A stretch of 62,588 nucleotides of DNA, counting the filler, from Rhabdomonas costata (lineage: Eukaryota), in NCBI GenBank assembly GCA_019059605.1. It is 31 parts of 31 records of this genome, joined end to end, with 100 filler letters (N's around TTAATTAATTAA, not from the genome) between each part and the next. Parts side by side here need not be neighbours in the genome. Positions count along the whole stretch, not along the records: positions 10,118 to 12,040 come from JAHMHO010007339.1; positions 12,141 to 14,063 come from JAHMHO010007340.1; positions 14,164 to 16,086 come from JAHMHO010007341.1; positions 16,187 to 18,109 come from JAHMHO010007342.1; positions 18,210 to 20,132 come from JAHMHO010007343.1; positions 20,233 to 22,154 come from JAHMHO010007344.1; positions 22,255 to 24,176 come from JAHMHO010007345.1; positions 24,277 to 26,198 come from JAHMHO010007346.1; 23 more parts are not named here. One strand, written 5' to 3'. Position numbers and translations under genes: made by a program. Positions 12,004-24,608 of this stretch are shown piece after piece. The number at the start of each line of letters is the position of its first letter. Within the stretch, counting starts at the first letter, position 1. The notes beneath the pieces were generated by a model. The model made no database searches and had not been told where the DNA came from. It was given only the letters and a program-made list of their open reading frames with translations.

Positions 12004-13520
12004 GTATGCCTCCACCTCTTCACTACCGCCCCAACCAACANNNNNNNNNNNNNNNNNNNNNNNNNNNNNNNNNNNNNNNNNNNNTTAATTAATTAANNNN
12101 NNNNNNNNNNNNNNNNNNNNNNNNNNNNNNNNNNNNNNNNCAGCCTACTGTCGTTGAACTTCGACTGGCCTCACGGGAACTGTCTTTGGAAGACGGCTGA
12201 TCTCGTGCTATCTTTGCAAGGAGAAGGGAGGGGAGGAGGTTGGGGTTGTTGCTCAAAGTAGATGGAGTGCGAACGGAGCGCCAGCGCCCAGGAGGTACTG
12301 GCGTATGCCACTGGCGGAGTGACCAGGTTAGTCTCATGGAAGAAAGAAACCCCAGAAAGCTATTGCGTTCACTTGCTGCCCAACGAAGGCTATCAAGAAC
12401 TGAGTATGGCACACAACGCGACTATGGGCTTGGAAAATATACCACATACAATTTAGCGCAAAAAAATACTTGCAAGTTGCTAGTAAATACGACTGCTACC
12501 AACAACACCAATAATTTGCATCCGAGCAAGTAGTAGGTTACTACAATACACGCACTTATGAAGACGAGCAGAGAAGAGTCAGTCACTGTGAAGGCGTCAT
12601 CAGGCGAAGGTGAAGAAGAAAAAAGGGAACACGGCGAAACGCGGAACACATGCGCAAGTTTGGGTTGTTTAGTGATGACTGGGGAATGCGGACATGCTAG
12701 GGACGCGTCGGAGTACACAGAGGTGAGCGGAATGGAAGAAATTATGCGCGCTTTGCGGTATTGAAACGAATTTCACTGTTTTGCTTTTCGAATTCACTAC
12801 ATTTGCTCTCTGCGTGCTCATGTTTTGACCATCGCTCCATCATGGATCCCACCTTTTTCTGCTTCCCGCGGTACAAGACAAGACAAAGCAAAGCGTCGGG
12901 AACCCATTCGCTGCTTCGAGGCTTCGATGTCGTCTGTGGAGGGCCAGGCGACGCTTCCAGCAGTTTTCCGCGTACTTCCCCTCAGCACCTGGAACGCCGA
13001 GTGGTTCCAGCGACTGCCTTTCCCCAGGGCTCTTCTCTTGAAATACGCCTCCTCTCGCATTCTCTCTGCGAACAGTGAAGCCGTCAAAAAGCTTGGATGG
13101 AGGAAGGGTTTCATCTCCACCCTGATTGGTAAACTGGCGCGGGCCACCGTTGGCAGTAATCCCGGAAGAGAGAAGTGAGACCACCCCTTCAGAACTTCCG
13201 GAGGCACAAATTAAATTAACAAACACCCAGACCACAGATCAGGCCCGAGACTGAAAGAAACGCAGCGCTGTGGCTGTGGGCTGTGGGGGCTGGAGAGGAG
13301 ACGCGGCTGGACCTCACCGGACGCACAAGCACAGACACAGAAATCACCCACACCCTCACCCTCACCCCAGACAGAATATAACGGAAGTAACGGACATCTG
13401 GGTGAAGACACGTCTTGTGTCATTCTCGATGGTGACTCGTTATAACTATGTTTGGTGGTACCTCTTCGCGTGTGCCGTGTTTTAGTGTGGCGCTCTTTTG
13501 TCGACCTTTTTGTTCGCCCC

Positions 13521-13910
13521 ATGGATGTTCCGTACAATATCCACCACGAACGGGGCAACTTTGAATACCGAAGGGGAAGGTTCGAGGATGCCTTGCTTCA
13601 CTACACCAGGGCTATTCAAACGCAACTTCGCAACTACGCACTCTTCAGCAATCGCGCAGCGTGCCACTTTCAGCTTGGAAACTTCACCGAAGCACTTCAG
13701 GTGGATTTGTCTGTCTATTTTTCAGGTCAAAGGAGATGAAATTCCCTTAATCCCCCACCCCGTCATCTGCTTTTGCTGCTTCAGGATGCAGAGCGTTCGA
13801 TTGAGCTTTGCCAGCCTTGGCACAAGGGCTACTTTTGGAAAGGTCTGACTCTTCAAGAGCAAGGGAAATACGTCGAGGCCAAGCAATCTTTGGAGGCGTG
13901 CTTGCAGTTT
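13521..13910 (+). CDS. TPR-repeat protein (STI1/SGT-like three-TPR block), 5' exons
   Basis: Exons 13521-13700 and 13785-~13910: ERGNFEY...ALLHYTRAI...FSNRAACHFQLGNFTEALQ|DAERSIELCQPWHKGYFWKG. Confidence 0.88.
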
Positions 13911-13911
13911 C

Positions 13912-14058
13912 TGTGTTGATTTCAGCACCTTTTTGATTGCCATCTTTGACACTCCAGATTTTTGAAATCGGCGGTTTGATGGAGTTTGCAGAGTTTGGGT
14001 TTTTTCAAAAATCTGGAGTGTCAAAGATGGCAATCAAAAAGGTGCTGAAATCAACACA
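13912..14058. repeat. Perfect 56-bp inverted repeat with 35-nt spacer at contig end
   Basis: 13912-13967 is the exact reverse complement of 14003-14058. Confidence 0.95.
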
Positions 14059-14628
14059 CCCACNNNNNNNNNNNNNNNNNNNNNNNNNNNNNNNNNNNNN
14101 NNNNNNNTTAATTAATTAANNNNNNNNNNNNNNNNNNNNNNNNNNNNNNNNNNNNNNNNNNNNGCCAGCCCGGAGGGCGCGGCCGTGACGAGCTGCTCCA
14201 GCTGCAGGAGGTTGGCAACTAGCTGAAGGTTGGCAGGCTGACCAAGCCGAAGCTCCTGTAAGAGGAGGTTGGGGTATAAAATACTAATGTATGAAGACCA
14301 GCGTGACATGATGTTCGAAGTTGAGGAAAGAAGAGAAAGAAAAGGCCAAGAGTATCATGAGAAGTTCGAAGGCGAAGTATGTCATGGGACATGGTGCTTG
14401 ATAAGATGTCAATGTGATGCACAAGTCTCCCGCAAAGCATTGTGGTTGAGGAAAAAGATGTTTGGAGAGTTGAGAAGTTTGAAGAGGAGATTATGCCTCC
14501 GGCAAGTTTCAGGTTCCCCTGGTGCAGAAGCCTTCCAATGATTCCGAGCGAGACGGAAACGGCAAACCATTTCTTGCACCCCCACCCCACAGGGAAGTCA
14601 GGACAACGCCACGCACCCCTCCATTGTA

Positions 14629-14742
14629 GTCCGGGCCGAAGTGGGGCAGCTCCAGGCCCCGAGGTTGGGGTAGGCGGTTGGCCGCTCCTCGCGCAGCTCC
14701 TGGAGCCCTCTGGCGATGGTGGTACGCAGAGACGGCAGCTGA
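14629..14742 (+). mobile_element. Possible highly decayed Ty3/gypsy RT N-terminal fragment
   Basis: VRAEVGQL...*AVGRSSRSSWSPLAMVVRRDGS* resembles 'EV..L...G.I.PS.SPW.SP..VV.KKDGS' but has two stops; the match is short. Confidence 0.3.
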
Positions 14743-14847
14743 AGCGCTGCCCACGGGAACTGTGTGACATTGGGAGAACAGGCTATCCCTCAACACCACA
14801 AATTTTCCTTGCTGTAACCATGTTGCTGTAACCATGACTATGTTAAA

Positions 14848-16086
14848 GTGGAATCGTTTTGGAAGGTGATCGCGGCTGCGGAGCAGATTTACCGGGACAC
14901 CCGAGCTGATCGTGGCGGAGCTTTGCCTCCCGCTCTCTACGACTTCTTTGCTGTAGTGGCAGGGCAGGTTGCCATCGCCCGGGCCGTTTCTGGGAGCAAG
15001 AGTGCGGACTTAAAGATTCAAAGCGTTTCCGAGGCGCTGGGCACCCTACCCTTTAGTAGTGGTGGGGCGGTTGGGCTCCCAGCGGTGCAGTGCTATCTGC
15101 AAGCATTTGACTTTGCGGAGAGAGCCGGGCTTGTCGATCTGTCGCGGTGCGAGCGACTTCTCGCGATTGTCCCTTGGGCAGAAGCAGAAGTCAAGACTGC
15201 GCAATCCATGCTTGGCCGAGCTGCGGCGCAGTACCTGGAACGAGCCCGGATGGCGATGATCCCTGCGCAAGACTTTGTTGCTCGCATTGAGAGGGGCGAG
15301 GCCACCCCCTCGGAAGTCAGGGCGCGCCAAGAACAACTTGTTCGAGCGCAGCTGGCGCTGCACCTCGAACCACCTGACTTTGCTGAGTTTCACCGCCGCC
15401 ACCAGGTTGCAGCAGAAGAGTGTCGGGTTTTCCGCAGAGCTGTGCTGATGCTTCGGCGCATTGGGTTCGACCTTGCCGCCCCAGCAGAGCTGGACTATCC
15501 CAACCTCTCTCCGGAGCAGCTGAAGGCTCACCTTAATCAGGGGCTTCTGTGGCTGCAACTGGACGAGACCTCGTGGAGTTACCTGGCCTTCTTTGCAACG
15601 CACCACTGCCGCCTTTTTGAGTCCTTCATGAGGCCGCCAGGGTTGCGGTCGGACATCGTTTTCCCAGCCAAAGACCTTGTCCCACGGCTGCGGCAAACCA
15701 AAGAAAGGTTCGAGCGGCTTTTGGCTCCCAGGCTTCCATTGTCCAGACTGGTAGAGTTGTATGGAGTGATCAAAGGACCCCAACTGCAAGGTGACTTCCA
15801 GGCGGAGATAAGCACTGCGGCAAGTTTTATAAAGAGATTTTCGGGAATATCAACTCTAGCGGATGGTGAAGACCGCCTGCGGAAATTTGACGATGCCATG
15901 AAGTTGCTCCAGCTGCGGCAAGAAGTGGAACACGTGTCGGAGTTCATGAGCGCATATGACCTCTTTCAGTCTGAGCGGGCATCGCTAGAGGAAGTATGTT
16001 CGGAGCTTAGTGAGTTGAAAGAGTTTGAGGTGGAAAAGTCCTCAGAACAGCTTGTGGCACCACCCAAACCCAAACACACCCACCAC
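14848..16086 (+). CDS. Large internal exon (>410 codons) of an alpha-helical protein; weak resemblance to the RNF213 N-terminal helical region
   Basis: Uninterrupted 1.24-kb ORF after acceptor AAG (14845-14847) with helical composition. Coding status is likely; the family call is only tentative. Confidence 0.6.
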
Positions 16087-16314
16087 NNNNNNNNNNNNNN
16101 NNNNNNNNNNNNNNNNNNNNNNNNNNNNNNTTAATTAATTAANNNNNNNNNNNNNNNNNNNNNNNNNNNNNNNNNNNNNNNNNNNNTTTTTGGTGAGGTC
16201 CAAAGGCCGAAGGGGCAGATAAGACCAATTACAAGGACCCCAGAACAATAGCAGTTGTAATAGAAAGAACGGTAGGGCAAATGACAGGGCCTGCCGGCTT
16301 TCGAAAGAGCATAC

Positions 16315-18004
16315 CACTGTGAGGCCGACCATGAAGCTGACAAACATATTCGACTTCTTGGGGTCCTTGTAGATCAGGTGCTTCGCCGTGTCGTAGAACC
16401 CAAAGAAGGCCGCCCGGTAGACAATGATCCCCACCAGAGATACCATGAATCCCCGATAGAGGCCAACCATGCCGTCCTGCTGATAGGTTTTCTTCAGGCA
16501 GTCGCCAAGACCGTTGAACTCTCGGTGAGCCGAGTCATTACCTATGGAATCCGCCCTCCCAAACGTTGGGCCCGCCTGCATGAAGGCAAAGTGCGGTTCC
16601 GAAACTTGAAGTGCTCTTGAGCACGAACAAGAACGCGGCATTAGCTCCTAACCCCGCACGTGTCGTGCTTGTGCGCTCCGGGTGGCTTGATCGCAGCTCG
16701 AGCGTCTCTGGTTCAGATTTCGGCTTGAGAGCATTTCCCGAGCCTGTCAGTCAGAGTATGTGCCAGGTCGCCTCATCCAGATCTGGCGCCACACACCTCT
16801 TTTTTGTGTTTGATTATTACCTCTTTTCGTCTCGCACCCATATTTCCCAAAACAATACCCCTATTCAGAGAAGAGGGAGCAGGAGAAAGGAGTTGGAAAG
16901 CCGATGTGGGACAGGGAGCGTAACGCATTCAAAGCAAACCGACGTCTGCTCCCAGCCTGGTTCGGGCGTAGTCCAGAGGGTACACGAAAAGCAGAGATGT
17001 CGCTCCACTCGCACCACCTGAAAATCCACATGCCATAAGTCCGAACAGCAGCCAGCAACAAGGAGCCTTCTGGACGTCCAGAAGAAGGGAATATGTTAAA
17101 AACCTCAATGTCCAGAGGTCCAACAACTCAGAACAACTGACCCATACAACTGCAAAGTTCAGAATTCCCTGCTGACACACGAAGGACGTGAAGCCAGGCG
17201 GACAGTGTGCGAAGACTGCTAGCTACTGCTAACTACCTCTTAAATGAGTCCAAATGGCCCTGGCGGACATGATAAACACTCTCTGCAGCGACAAAACCTG
17301 CACACCGGAGGCCAGCATTCCCGCAAAAAACTTCCAGAAGTCTGTCTTGGAATCGTAACGCACGAAGAGCTTCTGATACTTCTCCTGACAGTGATAAAAC
17401 CGGAGAGCAGTACGAAGGTGCGGAAAGCACTTTTCAGTTCAATGCAACCTTAATAAAAAATTACTGCTAACTGGCGTTCTAAACGTCAACTTTCATATCT
17501 GAACCCAGCACAGTTTAGCTTCTTTTCTGTGCACAACCTCTGTTCAGAAGCAGAAAGAGGGGAAACAGATAACACAAAAGAAAACGCGAGAAAGATAAAC
17601 GCACGCCTTGAAAGCAAAGTTCAGCGCCTGCGTAGGGAAATATCGAATGACGTTGGCCCAGTTCCCTCGCCTGTGAGGCATGACAGGAATGGGACAGAGG
17701 CGGGGGTTAGCGAAGAATGGTAAAGCACCCAACAACCCAGAAATTGTGAGGGAATGGAAAACAAAATCAGACACCAAAAGGAAAGGAAGCCCTGCTCTTT
17801 GTTCACCCGAACGAAGCAGTCGATAATTCCGTTGTACTGCTTGACACCCTGGGAGACCATCTGGGCGGAAGCATCCTGAACCTGCAGAAGAAGCTTAACC
17901 CGCTCAATAGGTGCAGTCACCGTCTTTGCAATGCCACCAGAGACACCACCAGCCAGAAAATCGTATAAGAAAGTGTCGCTCTTGGCGGGCTTATCACCTC
18001 CCAT
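16315..18004 (-). CDS. ANT: Mitochondrial ADP/ATP carrier (adenine nucleotide translocase), 5' five exons
   Basis: Exons 18004-17775, 17670-17607, 17384-17306, 17017-16940, 16541-16315: [29 protein letters not shown]...[27 protein letters not shown]...[15 protein letters not shown]...GLYRGF. Confidence 0.98.
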
Positions 18005-18346
18005 GTTGGATGATAGAAAACCAAGGAAAAGGACTACCACGCAAAAACAGAAATGAGGCGTCAAGAAAATTCAATTTCCCGAAATAGTCACAGCATTGTC
18101 CCCATCAACNNNNNNNNNNNNNNNNNNNNNNNNNNNNNNNNNNNNNNNNNNNNTTAATTAATTAANNNNNNNNNNNNNNNNNNNNNNNNNNNNNNNNNNN
18201 NNNNNNNNNTTTTTGTCGCCACGCATTGAGCGTTCCTACAAAAAGAAAGTTGGAAGAGAGTGAGTAGATAGAAGTTCCACGGTGCGTTCAACCTGCAGAA
18301 CAGAATGGCAAACTCACCACAAAGAAAAAGAAGACCAAGTTCATAC

Positions 18347-19723
18347 TGCGTGCAGAGTGTGGGGCTGCGCTCCACCGCGCCGTAGTCCACGTCCTGCAGA
18401 AATGCCTTCGAAGTGTTCTCCACGAAGTTCGGTGGGGCGTACCCCACCAGATGAATGGCCGCTCCCGAGGTCGTGCTGGAGAAGGTTGCGGCGATCGGGG
18501 CTTCGGGCATTTCGGGACGATCGATGAAGAAGTCTGGGCGAATGTTGAGGGAGAAGTCGGGGTGATGATACACCTATGCGATAAGGTGGTGGAAAAGCCA
18601 GAGGTAGCAGAATATCATGGCACTCAAAAGCAGCACAAGGCTTCTATCCTTAAACAAAATTTCCAACTGCCACGGCAAACCTTGCGGATCCACTGCAGCA
18701 CCCACATGTTGTACAAATCAACACCCACCATGACAGGAGAGGAGCTCCAGGTGGTGGTCGACATCCAAAACCTGCGACATCCAAAAAGTCACCGCTACGT
18801 TGTCCTTGAACGAGAACGGGAAAAGGAAGGCTGTCCATCCAACCCCTCCCCAGCTTTTTCTACCTGAGCCTGTAGTGGTCCATTAACTCCGCCCACTCCT
18901 TCAGTAATTCGTCCACCGCAGTTCCCGCGAGTCTTGCGGAAGCGGACGGAGAGACTGCTCCGCGCAGGTGAGCGAAGAGGTGACTCCAGCCCCCGGAAGA
19001 CGGGCGCACCATCTGAGAGGAAAACCCCGATGTGCTCAAAAATTCCATATCCGCAAGATAGTACGGGTTCAGGTACGCCTGGTAGATGGACGTGGGCATA
19101 CTCCGGGGCTCCTCCAAAAAGGGAGGAAACCGCCGCAGTGCCCGGGCGTGCGAGTTGGTGTAGTTGATGGTCTTGCCGATTTGAAACAGCTCTCCAATGG
19201 CCACCCACCTCAGGGGCGGGCGATTCAAGGCTGTAGGTTGCGCTGAGGGTTGTGGGCATGGCCCCACAGCAGGGGCAGAGGACGCCGGCAAGATCCCACT
19301 CAGTCGGGTAGGAGTTGGAGACGCAGGTGCAGAGGACGCAGGCAAGATCCCACGCAGACTGGTGGGAGATAAATGCACACGTGAGGTGAGGTGGGGTGCC
19401 AATTCCTCACTCCATCCAACCGCGAGCTTGGTCGAGGTGTTCGGGGCAGGAAATCCGATCCCGCTGTGAATTACATGCGCTCGGGTCAAGGTGTCAGGGA
19501 ACGGAGTCACCGGTGCTGAGAGATTGCACTGCAGGCAGTCCGGTCTGCCCTGGGAGGGCAGTGCGGAAGAAACCAAGGGGATCCCGAGCGGACTTTGCGG
19601 AGTGGAGTCTTGGGTCCCTACCGTTCTGCTTAGGTAATCACGCTTTGAAAGTAAGACCACGAAAACCCACAACAGAGGCAGTACAACACAAGAGAACCGG
19701 GCCCCATGGAGGGGGGGGGCCAT
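18347..19723 (-). CDS. Hypothetical type II membrane protein (N-terminal TM, Pro/Ser-rich stem), 5' exons
   Basis: Exons 19723-18864, 18771-18729, 18573-18347 are phase-consistent GT-AG; hydrophobic VVLPLLWVFVVLL lies near the start; the stem has a duplicated GILPASSAPA. Architecture is like a Golgi enzyme, but no family was recognised. Confidence 0.65.
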
Positions 19724-21218
19724 GATCCGATGTGTGGGGCCCGGCTCTGCGCTGCAGATGGGAGAAAAATTCGAGTGTATGAACACGGCGGGACAACACA
19801 ACCCAGCAACCCCTCCTTCCATTACATTCTGATTTTCTGAAGTGCAAAAGTAGGTCACAACTTTAGGACCATCCCAGAGATCTGCTCAAGCTTGGTTCCA
19901 CCGAGAGCCTTTGCAGAACTGGGACGTGAGCTTAAGCAGAAGTGATGGCGTCGCGTTCGAATGAGACTTCATAATCGTGGTATTTACGCAACCAGGATCC
20001 ATTCCGCAGAGCACACGGGCGTGCAGCTGGGTGGAGGGTGTGCCGGCCTTGAGTTCTTTCTCTTATCAAAACCTGAGTTACAGCAAGCGTATAAAAACGG
20101 TCCTTCCAAGACTGTGTAAAAGAAACAAAAACNNNNNNNNNNNNNNNNNNNNNNNNNNNNNNNNNNNNNNNNNNNNTTAATTAATTAANNNNNNNNNNNN
20201 NNNNNNNNNNNNNNNNNNNNNNNNNNNNNNNNGTTGGGGGGGGGATAGTTTGGGGACGCCCGTAAACAAACACGTAACGGTATATCAACCAAATCGCCGC
20301 ACGCACGCATGCAGGATGGCATTTGTATAGCCGAGGCAGTTCTACACATTCTTCTAGTCATGCTCACAAATGGGCGGGTGAGGGGTTGGATGTAAAGGAC
20401 GGCCCCAATGGGCTTTTCCTCAGCAGTACAGTTAATAAAAACACCAGGAAAGTGAGATCTTATTCGCCGGTGCATTGTTTTCTTTTTGCCCACGCACACA
20501 CACGGATGAGTTCTTGTGTTGGGATCAGATTTTCGGCATCAGCTGTTCGTCATCATCTATTTTATTTTAGAATGTTCGCAACAGTGCCAGGTTGCGTCCT
20601 CACTGTGCACGGCGGACATTCACGCGCTCATTTGTGCCGCACACCAGCATTCGCTGTGTATGACAAGAGAGAGGAACAGAGAGGCACGGTAGACCCATGG
20701 GCCCATGCGGGCAAGTGGACCTCGTGGTCTCTCGCACAAGGATTCACCCTTGAACGTGTTTGTGTGTGATGCCCTGTGGTGTGCCCTGTGGGCAATTTTC
20801 TCGCAGAAGCCGATCTGCGTTGTGATCCACTGCAAGCTGACCGGGCAGTATCCTGCGCTGGAGCTGTGGACATGCACCTTTGAAACCCTCAGGTGTCCGC
20901 CCATGCATTCAGCAAAATGCTTCTCATTGAGATGCGAGTGCGGTGCTGCAAATCTCAATTGTTATCCGACCCATTCGTTGAACAGGGACGAACAGGCACA
21001 ACCAGTTGTTGCCTGGTTGGTTTCTACTGACTTGTTGGTTGTGCTCGGAAACTATCGCTTGTTGGAAATCGAGAACATCAGGAGGGAAATGCAAAAAAAA
21101 CAACTAAAGCTTTTCGTTTTCTAACGATTAAGTTCTCTCCCGTTCCCTTTCGGCCTCCTTCATGTCCCCACTGTGGTCGTCTCTTTCTTCCCATAGCAAC
21201 TCTTCTTATTGTTCTTAG

Positions 21219-22076
21219 TTCGGGGTCGCTGCTCGAGTGGGACAGGACCTCGTTCGAGGGGAGGGCGATGGCGCTGACCCGGGCGGTGTGGCTGCGCCTC
21301 CGCCGGCTTCCTTGCCACAAGGTGTGTGTGCCGGCCTCTATTCACAGTTGCGTAAAGTTGCAAAAGCTGGATAAAACAGTTTCGCCCCTACAACTGCGCT
21401 TGGTGACCTCCGGATTCGAGCACAATTCCTGTCTTTCCTGATCTTTCCCGGTGTGGAATGGCCTCCCATCCTCTTCTGATATGCAGGTGGCCCGTTCAGA
21501 CCTCGCGGAGTGCCTTTCTTCGACCCTGAAGCTCGCCTCTCCTCCAGACGCTGCAAAGTTCAGTGCAGGTTCATACCTCCCGCCTGACGCTGGCACTCGC
21601 TCCCATTCCCAATCAGAAAGGCAGGCAAACTATCTTCATAAAATGAACCCTCCGGAGTTCAGTTGAAGCTCACAGAAATTCACAGTTTGGATGGGAGGAA
21701 CGAATTTTAACGCTTCCCTTACCCAACAATATATGTAATAGGACATTCTCGATTTGTGTATTGTGTACTAAAATGGCGGGAGGGTCTTTTATACAAAGCT
21801 CCCTACTTGCACGAAGGAACGTTGCACTCTTAGCCGGTCGGTGTGCCCCTTGGCGGCTTTATCTTTTTTTCTCCTTCTTTCCCCACATAGCGAAGGATTT
21901 GGCTTGTGGGACCTCCGCCCTTCCAGCCGCAATTTTGTTTTCCCGAAGATAATTCTTAACCCGAAAGTCACAATCCGAGTTTGTCCGTCTTCTCAGGCAA
22001 CTTCTCGAGGTTCGCTTTCACTCCAGTGCGCCTCTGCACCGGCACCTTCACGGTCGAGGTGCAGTTCACCCCCCAC
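21219..22076 (+). CDS. Hypothetical protein, three internal exons
   Basis: Exons 21219-21321, 21487-21568, 21997-22076 have AG/GT boundaries and consistent phases (…LRRLPCHK|VARSDLAEC…FSA|GNFSRFAF…). Confidence 0.5.
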
Positions 22077-22530
22077 GTATGCCCCCCCCTCTCTCTCCTC
22101 TCTCTCCTCTCTCCCCCCTCCTCTCGCTCTCGCTCTCGTAGTGGGAGCGTCTCCNNNNNNNNNNNNNNNNNNNNNNNNNNNNNNNNNNNNNNNNNNNNTT
22201 AATTAATTAANNNNNNNNNNNNNNNNNNNNNNNNNNNNNNNNNNNNNNNNNNNNTTTTGACGCGCACCCCAAAACCTTTCCTTTTTTCATTAGCCTTCAG
22301 CTTTCCCGCCTTTGGCTTCGTCTTGGCTTGCTCATGCTGCGGAGCTAACCGTGATAACCGTGATAATTCCCGTCCAGTTTCCCGGTGCATGTGAGACGGT
22401 CAGAGCATTCAGAATCTCCCTTTCACCGGAAGTGTTTGCTTCCCGTGCAGATCCTTTTTTGTTGAGGTGTTGTGTGCGCCGTTTTGGGCGTCTCGCCAGT
22501 CATTGCTTTGGCTTACTTGGATGCCCCCAG

Positions 22531-22769
22531 CTGCGTCCAGCGGGAGCATTTGCGGGTTATCATGCGTGCCGACAGGAAATGCTGGCTTCGTTCTTTTCAT
22601 GGTTTTGCTCAGATTGCCTGCGTGCCAGTCTTTTTTGGCGGTCCTTTCTCAGCACAATGTTCTTTTTGTACCAGGGCTGCGAAGGGAAGTGCGGCACTCG
22701 TACCCCCTCAAAGAAAGTCAAATTATTCAACGTGTGTTTGGTTTTGACCTCAAAGCGTGTGCTGGATAG
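22531..22769 (+). CDS. Hypothetical protein, probable 3' exons
   Basis: CVQREHLRVIMRADRKCWLRSFH|G joins via a short GT-AG intron to LRREVRHSYPLKESQIIQRVFGFDLKACAG*. Confidence 0.35.
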
Positions 22770-24608
22770 GGTGGAATTTCTGTTCATCTGTGACTCACAT
22801 TCTTCTTGGCTGGCTTCGGAATTTGTGCACCCGCCGACACTTTGGAGGCCACCCGGTTCAGTATGCGCTTCTGCTGTGACGGCATTGCACGGCAGACTGC
22901 GCGCGTGCTTCTGCTTCAGTGACAGAAAAGCCTTTGGGGCTGCGTTAGCTTTCTCTCTGTCACTGCCTCCAAGTAACCGGGTAAGATGCAGCTCTGACCC
23001 TCTGGGTCTGCTGTCAGCTGCAGTGCACCCGACTGTGTGACGATTAGTCTCTCTGCCTGTCTTTTGTGCTATCCTGTAATGCTAATTCCACTGCCACGAT
23101 GTTTTTTCCACTGCTTTGTGCCTCCCATGGGGTGTTCCCTCTTAGGGGGGCACTGAGTTAACTTTTGGAGGTTCCTCGGCCATTGCTGGCCGAACACTTC
23201 CATGTTTTCATTGATTTTCATGTGGCACCTTTTTTTGCATTGGCCCATCAGTTTTTCCAAAGACGCACCGGGAATTCCTCTGACTCAGTACTCTGCCTGC
23301 ATTCCTTTTTCAATTCAAATCCCCTGCCCATTTTTCCCCTCCTGGCAGAAAAACGATCTGATTACCTGCCCTCGGTTTTCTTCCCCCATCGTTCCATTTT
23401 TACTGCCATTTTTACACACCACTGTTAGATTGTGAATACCCACTGGATGTCTCTTTTGTTGGAGGACAGTTGGTGGGCATTGTGGGCGCCCGAGTCACCC
23501 AAGCACGTGGTGATGTGGAGATGGTGGCAACAGACGAAAGCTTTTTGGAAGTTGTTCTTTTTTGAGCAAAACGAAGGGACTGGTGCATTGTTTGAGATCG
23601 GGTTTGTCTTCCATGTCACTTTCACACTTGCTTCTTGCTTACTAATGAAAACGATTGTCACCCTCGCCGATTGCAAAGTCTTACTTTGAATTGGGTTGAA
23701 GTGCAGTCCGATATTATCACAAAAACCACATCAATCGACCAGATGCGTGAGGATACATCTTGCATGTCCCGCATTTTTGTTCCATTGTGGTCCCACGTCT
23801 GTGCACATAGCCTGTCCAATGCCCCTGCAAACCCTTTAAAGTCTGTAAACGACCTGGCGCTGCTTAAACGGGCGCATTCAGATTTGTACCAACACAAGGC
23901 ACGGCAGGAAACCACCTGCGATGCCCCCACCAGCGTGGTGGGGCCAACCCACATGCTCAGCGTCACCCCTACCAAATGGCATCGGGGATAACAGCCGCCA
24001 GCCGTCAGCGGCCAGCACAGACTACGACGACGACGACGACTACGTCAACGTCAGTATTTTCATGTCGACCACCGCCCCTTTCGACCACCCCAGATCACCG
24101 CAGTCCCCCCGCGTAGACACCGGAGCGCCAAAATGCTCGCAACCAGTTTCGGATCGATTTTTTCGGACCCCACCACNNNNNNNNNNNNNNNNNNNNNNNN
24201 NNNNNNNNNNNNNNNNNNNNTTAATTAATTAANNNNNNNNNNNNNNNNNNNNNNNNNNNNNNNNNNNNNNNNNNNNGTGGGTGGGTTGTACTGCATTTGT
24301 TCCAATTTCCACCTTTCAGGCAAACGCAGCGCCCAATTTTTTTTCTTCTGTAGACTCTTCAGCCGGTGTTTCTGCAGTTCCTTTTGTCAGAATGACAGAT
24401 GTTGTACGGGTGCTGCTGTCATGGGAATTCATCAATATGGCATGCGTATGTGTGGCCATCTGACCCTACCAATCATACCAGCTGCTGAGTATTTTAAGGC
24501 GACCTTGTATTAAACCTTGCTTCAATCGAAATGGTAGGTGACACCCTTGGTGATGCCGCAGCATGTACATAACGCAGGCAGTTCTTCATTAATTGGTTGG
24601 ATACACAG

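Noticed and set aside
12141..13235. Overlapping 100-130-aa ORFs upstream of the TPR gene
   Set aside because: No motif or consistent exon structure; cannot support a call.
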